Assembly: GCA_964016885.1 (NCBI GenBank)
Contig: OZ024763.1
Coordinates: 8,184,001 to 8,248,000, forward strand
Length of the DNA stretch: 64,000 bases
Direction of reading: 5' to 3'
Source of the DNA: Eledone cirrhosa
Taxonomy: Eukaryota
This document shows, piece by piece, positions 40,901-52,978 of this stretch. Made by a program: the position numbers and the translations under genes. How positions within the stretch are numbered: the stretch's first letter is position 1; every line of letters starts with the position of its first letter. A model generated the notes under the pieces. The model did not search any database. It saw nothing but the letters and a program-made list of their open reading frames with translations, and had not been told where the DNA came from.

Positions 40901-42380
40901 CTCTCTTAATTCCCGCTCTCTCACTAAACCAACAAACTCTCTCCCCCTCTCTATATTCTACTACATAACTCACTCTCTCACAATTCCCCCTCTCTCACTA
41001 AACCAACAAACTCTCCCCCCCTCTCTATATTCTACTACATAACTCACTCTCTCACAATTCCCCCTCTCTCATTAAACCAACAAACTCTCTCCCCCTCTCT
41101 ATATTCTACTACGTAACCCACTCCCCTTCACTCTCTTAATTCCCCCTCTCTCACTAAACCAACAAACTCTCTCCCCCTCTCTATATTCTACTACATAACT
41201 CACTCTCTTACAATTCCCCCTCTCTCACTAAACCAACAAACTCTCTCCCCCTCTCTATATTCTACTACATAACTCACTCTCTCACAATTCCCCCTCTCTC
41301 ACTAAACCAACAAACTCTCTCCCCCTCTCTATATTCTACTACATAACTCACTCTCTCACAATTCCCCCTCTCTCATTAAACCAACAAACTCTCTCCCCCT
41401 CTCTATATTCTACTACGTAACCCACTCCCCTTCACTCTCTTAATTCCCCCTCTCTCACTAAACCAACAAACTCTCTCCCCCTCTCTATATTCTACTACAT
41501 AACTCACTCTCTCACAATTCCCCCTCTCTCATTAAACCAACAAACTGTCTCCCCCTCTCTATATTCTACTACATAACTCACTCTCTCACAATTCCCCCTC
41601 TCATTAAACCAACAAACTCTCTCCCCCTCTCTATATTCTACTACGTAGCCCACTCCCCTTCACTCTCTTAATTCCCCCTCTCTCACTAAACCAACAAACT
41701 CTCTCCCCCTCTCTATATTCTACTACATAACTCACTCTCTCACAATTCCTCCTCTCTCACTAAACCAACAAACTCTCTCCCCCTCTCTATATTCTACTAC
41801 ATAACTCACTCTCTCACAATTCCCCCTCTCTCATTAAACCAACAAACTCTCTCCCCCTCTCTATATTCTACTACGTAACCCACTCCCCTTCACTCTCTTA
41901 ATTCCCCCTCTCTCACTAAACCAACAAACTCTCTCCCCCTCTCTATATTCTACTACATAACTCACTCTCTCACAATTCCCCCTCTCTCACTAAACCAACA
42001 AACTCTCTCCCCCTCTCTATATTCTACTACATAACTCACTCTCTCACAATTCCCCCTCTCTCATTAAACCAACAAACTCTCTCCCCCTCTCTATATTCTA
42101 CTACGTAACCCACTCCCCTTCACTCTCTTAATTCCCCCTCTCTCACTAAACCAACAAACTCTCTCCCCCTCTCTATATTCTACTACATAACTCACTCTCT
42201 CACAATTCCCCCTCTCTCATTAAACCAACAAACTCTCTCCCCACTCTCTATATTCTACTACGTAACCCACTCCCCTTCACTCTCTTAATTCCCCCTCTCT
42301 CACTAAACCAACAAACTCTCTCCCCCTCTCTATATTCTACTACATAACTCACTCTCTCTCACAATTCCCCCTCTCTCACT
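37930..42380. repeat. 4.5-kb satellite of 74-bp and 82-bp monomers (~58 units) with higher-order structure; degenerate edge from ~37600
   Basis: Monomer A ctactacataactcactctctcacaattccccctctctca(c/t)taaaccaacaaactctctccccctctctatatt; monomer B carries cgtaacccactccccttcactctctta. Confidence 0.95.
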
Positions 42381-42665
42381 GGATCACCCAATTTTCTCCC
42401 CCCCTCTCTCTCTCACAAAACCACAGGTAGCCAATTCTGTGCCGATGGTGGTGAGTAGGGAGGTGGTCCTAGGGCCAAGAACACCGGAAGTTCCCAAGAG
42501 TTTGGAATATAACTTAATGAAGGTTCTTATAAAAAAACATGATGGGTGGTTTTTAGATAAATATTAGCGTGTTAAAATTAAAATATTTAGTAGAATTAGG
42601 GGCGGTTTCAGGTAGTTTGGGTTAACAGTTGTATGTATACACACAAATGTATATTATATATATAT

Positions 42666-42746
42666 ACAGGGTGTTCTAAAAAATGTATACAAGCAATATT
42701 TATTAGAATGTTGTTGAAGTATGTATACATTTTTTGTGACACCCTA
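42666..42746. mobile_element. Tc1/mariner-like ~80-bp MITE (also ~8461-8528, 12048-12137, 45752-45825)
   Basis: TA-flanked TIRs cagggtgt....aaaaatgtatac / gtatacattttt...acaccct. Confidence 0.65.
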
Positions 42747-42909
42747 TATATTAGTATGCACATACAAATATATATATATATTAGGGGCGAAGGGTTCGTG
42801 CATGCAACGCATGCAGTGCATGCGTTATAGAATCTTGAGTTGATCAATTGCGTCGGTTGAAGCAAGCAGAATTTTGGCTGCTTACTAAAACGTATAGACA
42901 CAAAAAAAG

Positions 42910-42962
<53 letters not shown>

Positions 42963-43596
42963 GCAAACACACGACAGCTTTGGGGCAAGCAGAATTTGAC
43001 TGCTTACTAAATCGTAGACACATAAAAAAATAACACACACGCACACACACACTAGATAACACTTCATGCGGCTTTGACCGGGAGGGTCATTTAGAGGGAA
43101 TTGGGGGGGGGGGGGGGGGTAAGGTTGCACAGCCCCACTTTCCGCCATGGGCGATTAGGCTGCATGCCCTGCTTTCCAGGTTACCCTTCGCCACTGATAT
43201 ATATATCTATATATAATATATATATATAACAAAGAAAGTGTGGTAAGGAACCAGGTGAGTACTCAATACTTAGAGTAGTAGAGTGGGTAATAGGAAAAGA
43301 GTCAGGACCCCGACGGCTGAGCCCCGGCCGTTTTGACGAATCTAGCTGTCGAAACGGCCGGAGCTCAGCCGTCGGGGTCCTGACTCTTTTCCTATATGGA
43401 AATGTGTTGCAATGATGTAATGTATGCTTTCTTAAAGACTAGAATTGTCATCACACATTATATATATATATATATATATAGGAACGAGTAGGATCCCGAC
43501 GGGGTCCTACTCGTTCCTATTACCCACTCTACTACCCTAAGTATTGAGTACTTTGGTGCGTTATGGTCCATCTGGTTCCTTACCACATTTCCTTCG

Positions 43597-43633
<37 letters not shown>

Positions 43634-43683
43634 GATAAGCAGAACAAGTAAAATTCAATCAATTTTTTAAAATACATTAAAAA

Positions 43684-43722
<39 letters not shown>

Positions 43723-43799
43723 TCAGTTAACGTCTGCTTTCATTGCTAGCAAAGGTTAGACGGACGGGTCGTCCTATATATATATATACGTATGTATGT

Positions 43800-43837
<38 letters not shown>

Positions 43838-44062
43838 CTGGTTCTACTTTTAGGCACAAGGCCAGCAATTACACCAGTGTATTACTGGTACTTTATTTTA
43901 TCGACCCCGTAAGGATGAAATGCAAAGTTAACCTCGGCGGGATTCGAACTCAGAATGGCAAGGGCCGTAACTCTGTGTCAAAGCATAGCGTCCGACCCTC
44001 TAACGGCGATGTATTTGTTTTTTGTTTTGCAAGCTTTTTATATGAAATCGTGTATTGAAAGA

Positions 44063-44180
44063 GATATTGTTATATTTGTGGGGAGGGTTATGTTGTTATA
44101 ATATTGGCAATGTGTGTGGTTTTACTAGATTTTTCTGGCAATATCATTACAACATGACCCTCCCCAAATATAACAATATC
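44063..44180. mobile_element. Palindromic MITE-like element (half copy ~4247-4290)
   Basis: gatattgttatattt.gggagggt.atgttg ... caacatgaccctccccaaatataacaatatc inverted ends. Confidence 0.5.
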
Positions 44181-44190
44181 TATCTGTCTG

Positions 44191-44230
<40 letters not shown>

Positions 44231-44989
44231 GATATTTCCAACGTGGAAGCAAAACCGGATTACAGGCTCACTTCCTCATGGGGGTGGTGTGTACTGTCAA
44301 GACTGCTACATTAAAAGCAGTTGAAATATTTAGTTGAATCGGACTAAAATAGCGTGTGGACAGTTTCGCCCATTCACCGGAAATGACGCAAAACTTTCAT
44401 GTTATTCCTTTTATGGTTGAAAGGAAAAGTTAGTGTTAGTGCTATTTTATGTTGTACGTGTGTGTTAGTTTGGAAAGAGACAGGGACACATAGATATCTA
44501 TAGAGAGCGTGAAGCTGAGAGAGAATCAGATAGTGGTATAGAGAGATATAGATCGAGGACTGGTTCTGTTAGTTTGCTTATGTCTCAAGTTAAGTTGTAT
44601 AGTGCTTGCTCCTTTAATCTGTTCATCACGAAAAAACATCGTCTTCTTTCTCCATCGCCAGTTTTCTAAACAGCCCCTTTCCTTTATCTACATACATACC
44701 TATACATACACACCTCTGTCAGTCTGCCTAATTCACCTATACAATTATATTTCCGTCTCTCTAATAACTTAATAACTACAGTCGGCTATATACCCCCACC
44801 CCCTTTACTTTCTTTCTGTCTGTCTGTCTATCCACCTAAATCTACCTGATTAACTATCGCTCTATAGATGACATCTATTCTATCCACATATATATAACTA
44901 GCTCTGACTCTCTTGTGCAGCTACCTCTCTGTCAGTCAACTATATATTACATCCATCTATATGCTTGTCTGTTAATCTCTGTTTTGCTT

Positions 44990-45020
<31 letters not shown>

Positions 45021-45509
45021 ATAAATTGCTTACAACTTTCTCTTCCCTGTCTACTCAAACAATCTTGTCTGTCTGTTTACCTATGCAACACACACCTACA
45101 CATACCTAACACCTATAAACAGCCAACGGGCATTTTGTCGGACACGTAAAGGTAGGGTGTGCTGGTTGTAGTAGCTGTAGTGATTGTAGTAGGTGTAGTA
45201 GTAGTACAGCTAGCCACTAGTTTTTAGCTGTAGGTTCTAACTATAAGGTTCGTTAAAAAAAAGGAAACACACACAAACATACATACACACTGACACTCTC
45301 TCAAACGTATGTATATATTTAAATATACACACCCACATATACACATATATATGTGTAGAACAGGCAATCTTCTCCGGCGTTAACTTGTTCTGATTTTACC
45401 GATGTCGGGTAAGTAAGATTTCTACTAAAATATTTATTTTCCTTATTGAGATTCACGGACTAGGCATGGATGTCACATAATCCCTCCTCCCATTAATAAC
45501 TACGAGATG

Positions 45510-45582
<73 letters not shown>

Positions 45583-46547
45583 GTATAATGATTTCTACTA
45601 TAGGCACAAGGCCAGCAATTTTGGGGAGGAGAAAGTCGATTAAATCGACCCAATGTATTACTGGTAATAATAAGCATGGACGATGTGTCAAATTTTCATT
45701 ACGTTTATTCAATTCATATATATAATATATATATATATATATATACATACATAGGGTGTCCCCCTAAAATGTATACACATATTTATTAGAATGCTGTTGA
45801 AGTTTGTATAGATTTTATACATCCCTCAATTATATATATGTAAGTATAAGTGGAACGTAAAATGTTTTGCTGTGATTTTTTTTTTTAGTTCTCAAGATTT
45901 AACGTTTTCAGTTGAAATGCTGCGGGGGTGGGTATTTGGTTTGGGTGGGGTCGATGTTTGCCTTTAATCTGTCTAGGAACCAATGTAAAGCAAGTACCAG
46001 TTATATACTGAGGAATGAGGGGAGGTTGGATCAGAGATTTAATTGATTTCTTTTTGTTTTTATTTGATTTTTTTTTTTTTAATACTTCTCCACTACAAAT
46101 TTGTGGTCCTGCACCAAATGTAAGAATCCCTTTTCTTCTCCATCACCGTCCTTAAACATACGAGAAGGGCAGATACCAATGACAGTTTAACATCGTTTTT
46201 CTTTCTGTTGTTGTTGTCCTTGTTTAGATCCAAATCAATCATAATCAAACAGCAGAGCAGACATTGACTTCTGATCGATCTAAGATATTCCAACCGTGTC
46301 TATCCTCCCTTTTCCTCCCTTACCCTATATACAAGGGACCCAGTGCCAGATTTACAATTATAGTTAGGTGTACTTAAGCACAGGGCCCCGTTGGTCAGGG
46401 AGTGGGAAGGGGGCGGGCATCGTCCTGCCAAAGAAATTTTTTACGATTCATTTTTCAAATGTTTTTGAAATAAGGGGCCTCATTTGTCTTAAATCCAGGA
46501 CTGAAGGAACCCCAATACACTCATTTCCCCCTTCCCCTCATATATTA

Positions 46548-46605
<58 letters not shown>

Positions 46606-46729
46606 GTGTATATATAAATCAGGATGGATTCAGTTTGAAACTGGTTAGACCATTACACAAGCGTATTCGATAATGTTGTTGTTGATGATGATGTAAGTAG
46701 TGATATACAATTAGGATGGTGTGTGTGTG

Positions 46730-47845
46730 ATTTGGCTGATATTTCTAGCAGGTTGAAGGATCCCATAGAGACTATCTCGTGTTGGAATCACATGGCTGCT
46801 ATTTCTAGCAGGTCGAAGGATCACACAGAGGCTCTCCTGTGTTGGAATCCCATGGCTGCTATTTCTAGCAGGTCGAAGGATCACACAGGCTCTCCTGTGC
46901 TGGGATCCCATGGCTGCTATTTCTAGTAGGTCGAAGGACCACATAGAGGTCTCCCGTGTTGGAATCCCATGACTGCTATTTCTAGCAGGTCGAAAGAACA
47001 CATAGAGGTTCTCCCGTGTTGGAATCCCATGGTTGCTATTTCTAGCAGGTCGAAGGACCACATAGAGGTTCTCCCGTGTTGGAATCCCATGGCTGCTATT
47101 TCTAGCAGGTCAAAGGACCACATAGAGGTTCTCCTGTGTTGGAATCCCATGGCTGCTATTTCTAGCAGGTCGAAGGACCATATAGAGGTTCTCCCGTGTT
47201 GGAATCCCATGGCTGCTATTTCTAGCAGGTCGAAGGACCACATAGAGGTTCTCCCGTGTTGGAATCCCATGGCTGCTATTTCTAGCAGGTCGAAGGACCA
47301 CATAGAGGTTCTCCCGTGTTGGAATCCCATGGCTGCTATTTCTAGCAGGTCGAAGGACCACATAGAGGTTCTCCCGTGTTGGAATCCCATGGCTGCTATT
47401 TCTAGCAGGTCAAAGGACCACATAGAGGTTCTCCTGTGTTGGAATCCCATGGCTGCTATTTCTAGCAGGTCGAAGGACCATATAGAGGTTCTCCCGTGTT
47501 GGAATCCCATGGCTGCTATTTCTAGCAGGTCGAAGGACCACATAGAGGTTCTCCCGTGTTGGAATCCCATGGCTGCTATTTCTAGCAGGTCGAAGGACCA
47601 CATAGAGGTTCTCCCGTGTTGGAATCCCATGGCTGCTATTTCTAGCAGGTCGAAGGACCACATAGAGGTTCTCCCGTGTTGGAATCCTATGGCTGCTATT
47701 TCTAGCAGGTCGAAGGACCACATAGAGGTTCTCCCGTGTTGGAATCCTATGGCTGCTATTTCTAGCAGGTCGAAGGACCACATAGAGGTTCTCCCGTGTT
47801 GGAATCCCATGGCTGCTATTTCTAGCAGGTCGAAGGATCATATAA
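46730..47845. repeat. 60-bp minisatellite x~18
   Basis: tctagcaggtcgaaggaccacatagaggttctcccgtgttggaatcccatggctgctatt; explains the ~300-aa ORFs on both strands. Confidence 0.95.
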
Positions 47846-48378
47846 AGGCTCCTGAAATTACATTGGTGGAGGGAGGGAGGGAGGGGAAGTTGTTTCCTGA
47901 GATTTTATGTAGATGAAAGGTGGGGGGGGGGATTTACGACTGACTCCTTCTCCTTCCTCATACTACCACTCTACATATGCCCTTCATTGAATACTCGGTG
48001 GATATACATGTGTATTGGTATGTATGTAAGTATATATGTGTGTATGTATGTATGTATATATGTGTGTATGTATGTATGTATATATGTGTGTATGTATGTA
48101 TGTATATGTATGTATGTATGTATATATGTGTGTATGTATGTATGTATATATGTGTATGTATGCTTGCATGTATGTATATACGAATGTATGTATGCATGTA
48201 TCTATGTATATATGCATCCATGTATGTATATATGTATGTATGTATATATATATGTATGTATGTATATATATATATATATATATATGTATGTTTGTATGTA
48301 TGAATATATGTTTGTATCTATGTATATATATATATGTGTGTGTGTGTTTGTATGTATGAATGTATGTTTGTATCTATG

Positions 48379-48426
<48 letters not shown>

Positions 48427-48446
48427 AATGTATGTTTGTATCTATG

Positions 48447-48479
<33 letters not shown>

Positions 48480-49594
48480 ATATATGCATGCATGCATCTA
48501 TATATATATATGTGTGTATGTTTGCTGACAGATGTATATTTAGCTATATATATATATATATATATAGATATATAGCTTATATATATATATATATATATGT
48601 GTGTGGTGGAGTAATTGTCCTGATATACATGTGTGTAGTTAGATACACTCTACAACTACAGATTTCCCAACCCCTCCGTTTATAAGAATTTAAGCAAATA
48701 ACCCCCCACTTATCCCCCCCCATTATTTGGGGACCTCTATAAGAATTTAAGCAAATGCCATCCCCCCTCCAGCTTATTCCAACCACCCCCTGTTATTTGG
48801 GACCTGAGAGGATACAAATTCTATAAATTTCTAATAAATACCATGTTTGATGCTTGTTTTTACTTACTGTGTAACACACCCCACCTCTCTCACCTCCTAC
48901 ACCCCGCCTCCCTCACCTCCTACACCCCGCCTCCCTCACCTCCTACACCCCGCCTCCCTCACCTCCTACACCCCACCTCCCTCACCCCCTACACCCCACC
49001 TCCCTCACCTCCCTCACCTCCTACACCTCACCCCCTACACCCCACCTTCCTCACCTCCTACACCCCACCTCCCTCACCCCCTACACCCCACCTTTCTCAC
49101 CTCCTACCCCTTTCTAATCATCAACATCTTCACCTGCCCTACCACCACCACCACCACCACTACTACCAACACTACCCCTGCCACCACCACCACCACCAAG
49201 TACCTGCCTCCTACATTGCCCCCTCATCTTCTCCAAAATTCTCAAATTCTCTCACACCACCTCCCCATAACCTAACCTCACACCACCACCCCTGCATCCC
49301 TTCCCTATCATATATATATTACACACACACACACCTTGACAGCTGTTCACATGGACGGATGCACCCTCTCAACATCCCTTGCTACACACACACACACACA
49401 CAGCTACACACACACACACAGCTACACACATACAAACACAGCTACACACACACACAGCTACACACACACACACAGCTACACACATACAAACACAGCTACA
49501 CACACACAAACATCTGTTTACAGGGTCATATCCTAACATAGGCACATCACTAACACACACAAATAAATGTATGTATATATAGACATACAAATAT

Positions 49595-49643
<49 letters not shown>

Positions 49644-50009
49644 AACATACATGTATATCTAGACACACACAAATATAAACATGTATATACAAACAGGTAT
49701 ATGCATACATACACACAGTTATATGTATATACATACACACACACAATTATATGTATATACATACACAGGGTTGCATTTAGACCTTGTGGGGCCCAGAACA
49801 CTTCAGGTGTGGATGGCCCCCTCATACACAAAAAATTAGACTGGAAACCCCCCAATTTTACATATCAAAGGTAGTTTGGCACAAGTAATTAGTATTGAAA
49901 AGTTATATATACAGGTTTTAAATTTAAAACAATTCTAACCATCCTAAAATTCCCACTTTGTCCTCCCATTAAATCCCAGCCCTGTACATACACACAAGAT
50001 AAGGTTTTG

Positions 50010-50260
50010 AGCACAGCATGGAAGGCGGCCGGCACTGTGGCGACAAGAAAGCGGGTGGAGTCCGAAAGAGTCCACGGTGGATCCACAGCGACATTGGTGT
50101 GGCTCGCAGATCGGAGTCCAAGCCTCAAGGAAATGCTGATGCGCAGGCTATCATTATCCAGCTGCGTGCCAGTGGAGAAAGAAGGCAAGGCATGGAGCCA
50201 GGCACCACTGTGGGATTTGGAGGGCGCGCGAAAACGTTGAAAGATGAGTGGCTCAGATTA
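50010..50260 (-). mobile_element. CRE-clade-like non-LTR retrotransposon fragment (zinc-knuckle region, 1 frameshift)
   Basis: [32 protein letters not shown] / [29 protein letters not shown]; GC-rich island. Confidence 0.7.
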
Positions 50261-50385
50261 ACCTCTGCATGTTAGGGTGTGAAGTTTCTGCAGCTGTGCA
50301 GAAATAGACTCTCACTGCACATCATACAAAATCGAATTCATGACTTTATGATTGCAGGCCAAACAAGTAGGCTACAAGTTTTCAC

Positions 50386-50443
<58 letters not shown>

Positions 50444-50632
50444 ATTATTTAATAGACAACATAAGACAATTATGTTGTTTATTACTTAATTAAATATCTC
50501 TGTAGCATATATAGAGCACTCTCCTTTCCTTTACCCTTCCTATGGATTTACTTTATATATATATGTATATAACAAAGAGGGTGTGGTAAGATACCAGGTG
50601 GACCATAACGTACCAGAGTACTTAGGGTAGTA

Positions 50633-51436
50633 ATAATATATATAATGAAAATTGTGTACAGTGCTCAGGTGCACTACAACTCATCAAAGGTGCATGTATA
50701 GTACATAGAATAATATACAAATGTCAGGAAGGTGAACAGTGTATGAGTCATGAAATACATGTGTGCGTGTGTATGGAGGGGGAATATTAGGGGTAGTGTT
50801 GGTGAATCTCTGGAAGCATGGAGGTTTTAAAGGATGCAGTGTCTCGACAGCTAACAACCGATGCAGGGAGTTTGTTCCATGGAGGTTTTAAAGGATGCAG
50901 TGTCTCGACAGCTAACAACCGATGCAGGGAGTTTGTTCCATGGAGGTTTTAAAGGATGCAGTGTCTCAACAGCTAACAACTGATGCAGGTAGTTTGTTCC
51001 ATGGAGGTTTTAAAGGATGCAGTGTCTCGACAGCTAACAACTGATACAGGGAGTTTGCTCCATGGAAGTTTTAAAGGATGCAGTGTCTCGACAGCTAACA
51101 ACTGATGCAGGGAGTTTGTTCCATAGAGGTTTTAAAGGATGCAGTGTCTCGACAGCTAACAACTGATGCAGGGAGTTTGTTCCATGGAGGTTTTAAAGGA
51201 TGCAGTATTTCGACAGCTAACAACTGATGCAGGGAGTTTGTTCCATGGAGGTTTTAAAGGATGCGGTGTCTCGACAGCTAACAACTGATACAGGGAGTTT
51301 GCTCCATGGAAGTTTTAAAGGATGCAGTGTCTCGACAGCTAACAACTGATGCAGGGAGTTTGTTCCATGCTTCAGCAACTCTGAGCATGAAAAAATGTTC
51401 CCAAAAGTCATGGGTGCTGTGCTGTTTTCTGACTTT
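50633..51436 (-). mobile_element. CR1 3' end with 9x 61-bp tandem expansion, inserted into a family-2 fold-back element
   Basis: Same CR1 sequence as at 16.3 kb; flanked by GTAGTA at 50627-50632 and 51437-51442. Confidence 0.8.
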
Positions 51437-52181
51437 GTAGTAGAGTGGGTAATAGGAAAAGAGTCAAGACCCCGACGGCTGAGCTCTGGCCATTTTGATA
51501 GCTAGATCTCCTTCTGTGTATATGTGTGTATGAAAAAGGAAAGAAGGAAAATTCCTCTAATTGTGTGTGTGAGTGGGTCAGTTTCCATAATGTAAGTTAA
51601 TACTCCAGTAATGTGTGTATATGTATGTGTTATAGTATATGTGTATATGTGTTATAGTATATGTGTGTTAATTTCCTTGTATATATTCATGTGTAGGGCA
51701 AAATCTCAGTAGTGTGTGTGTGTGTGTGTGTGTGTATATAGGTGAGCTTCCGTAATGTAAGTTTAAACTCCACTAAATTCTGTGTGTAGGTTAACATGTC
51801 AGTAGTGTGTTTGTGTGTATATATGTGTATGTGTGTATATATATATGTTTATGTGTGTATATATGTGTATGTGTGAATATGTGTATGTTAGGGCCAGTAG
51901 TAGTGTATATATGTATATATATATATGTGTATGTTTGTGTGTAAGAGCCAATAGTGTATATATGTATGTATGTGTGTGTTTGTGTGTTAGAGCCAGTACT
52001 TTGTGTGTGTGTATATATATATATATATATGTGTGTGTTTGTGTAGGTTACAATGACTTCCATTCATGAATGTTTGTGTGCTGTGAATGGTCAGTTGTCT
52101 ACATTCTATATTGAAGTACATCCTGATTCTGTAGAGGAAGCCAAGCCCCTTGCACACTTTACCATGTAGAATATGTACTAC

Positions 52182-52282
<101 letters not shown>

Positions 52283-52291
52283 CATAATACA

Positions 52292-52564
52292 TATATTTAT
52301 TAAAATAACAGATTAAAGTTTGAGCAAAGAACCGCTGCTTTCACCCCTAACGGGATCTTCTGAAACTAAAAAAATCTTTGGATTTTAGTCTTCACTTTTA
52401 TTATTATTAATATATATATATATAAGGGTGAAAGCAGCGATTCTTTGCTTAAACTTTAATCTGTTATTTTAATAAATATTTGCTGTAGGGTTCTTATATA
52501 TTTATATATATTTATCCTTATCAAGCCCTCTTTGGATTTTAGTCATCAAATTTATTATTATTAC

Positions 52565-52565
<1 letters not shown>
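52292..52565. mobile_element. Fold-back element family 3 (Penelope-like end) with inverted arm and tail
   Basis: 52292-52345 is the reverse complement of ~52426-52481. The tail ending ttggattttagtc(t/a)tcaaatttattattattac(TA)n recurs at ~8404-8440 and ~52377-52410. Confidence 0.55.
52317..52367 (-). ncRNA. Type I hammerhead ribozyme-like fold (fold-back family 3)
   Basis: Minus strand reads AGUUU-CAGAAGA-U CCC guuag GGG U-GAAA-GCA gcgguucuu UGC-UC-AAACU. All three stems form; the core has U4->A. Confidence 0.6.
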
Positions 52566-52597
<32 letters not shown>

Positions 52598-52910
52598 ATA
52601 TATGGTTCTGTAACTCCTGATAGTCCTAGGGGCGCCATATTGACATACAGCATTTCTTGGGTATTTTAAGCCTGGCAGAGCCCTTCCCTCTCCAGGCCTG
52701 AGTACAGCAGATTTCTTCCAGAGAAAGATAGAAAGTGAGAGAGAGGAAATAAGAAAGAGATATAGGGGAAGAATCGACCCCAGTACTAAACTGGTACTTT
52801 TTTTTTATTGACCTCGAAAGGATGAAAGGCAAAGTTGACCTCAGATAGTCGGAACAAATACCATAAAGGATTCTGTCTCATGTAGCGACTGACAATTTGC
52901 CACCTGTATA

Positions 52911-52978
<68 letters not shown>

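Noticed and set aside
37930-42380. CRISPR-like appearance of long regular arrays (also 1081-1645, 46730-47845)
   Set aside because: No unique spacers, no cas genes, eukaryotic context.
46093-46330. Non-repetitive patch with a 66-aa ORF (-) and a possible tttag acceptor (+)
   Set aside because: No recognisable homology and no convincing donor-acceptor pair.
46923-47916. 295-aa and 315-aa ORFs on opposite strands
   Set aside because: A stop-free 60-bp tandem unit; no domain, splice context or protein-like variation.
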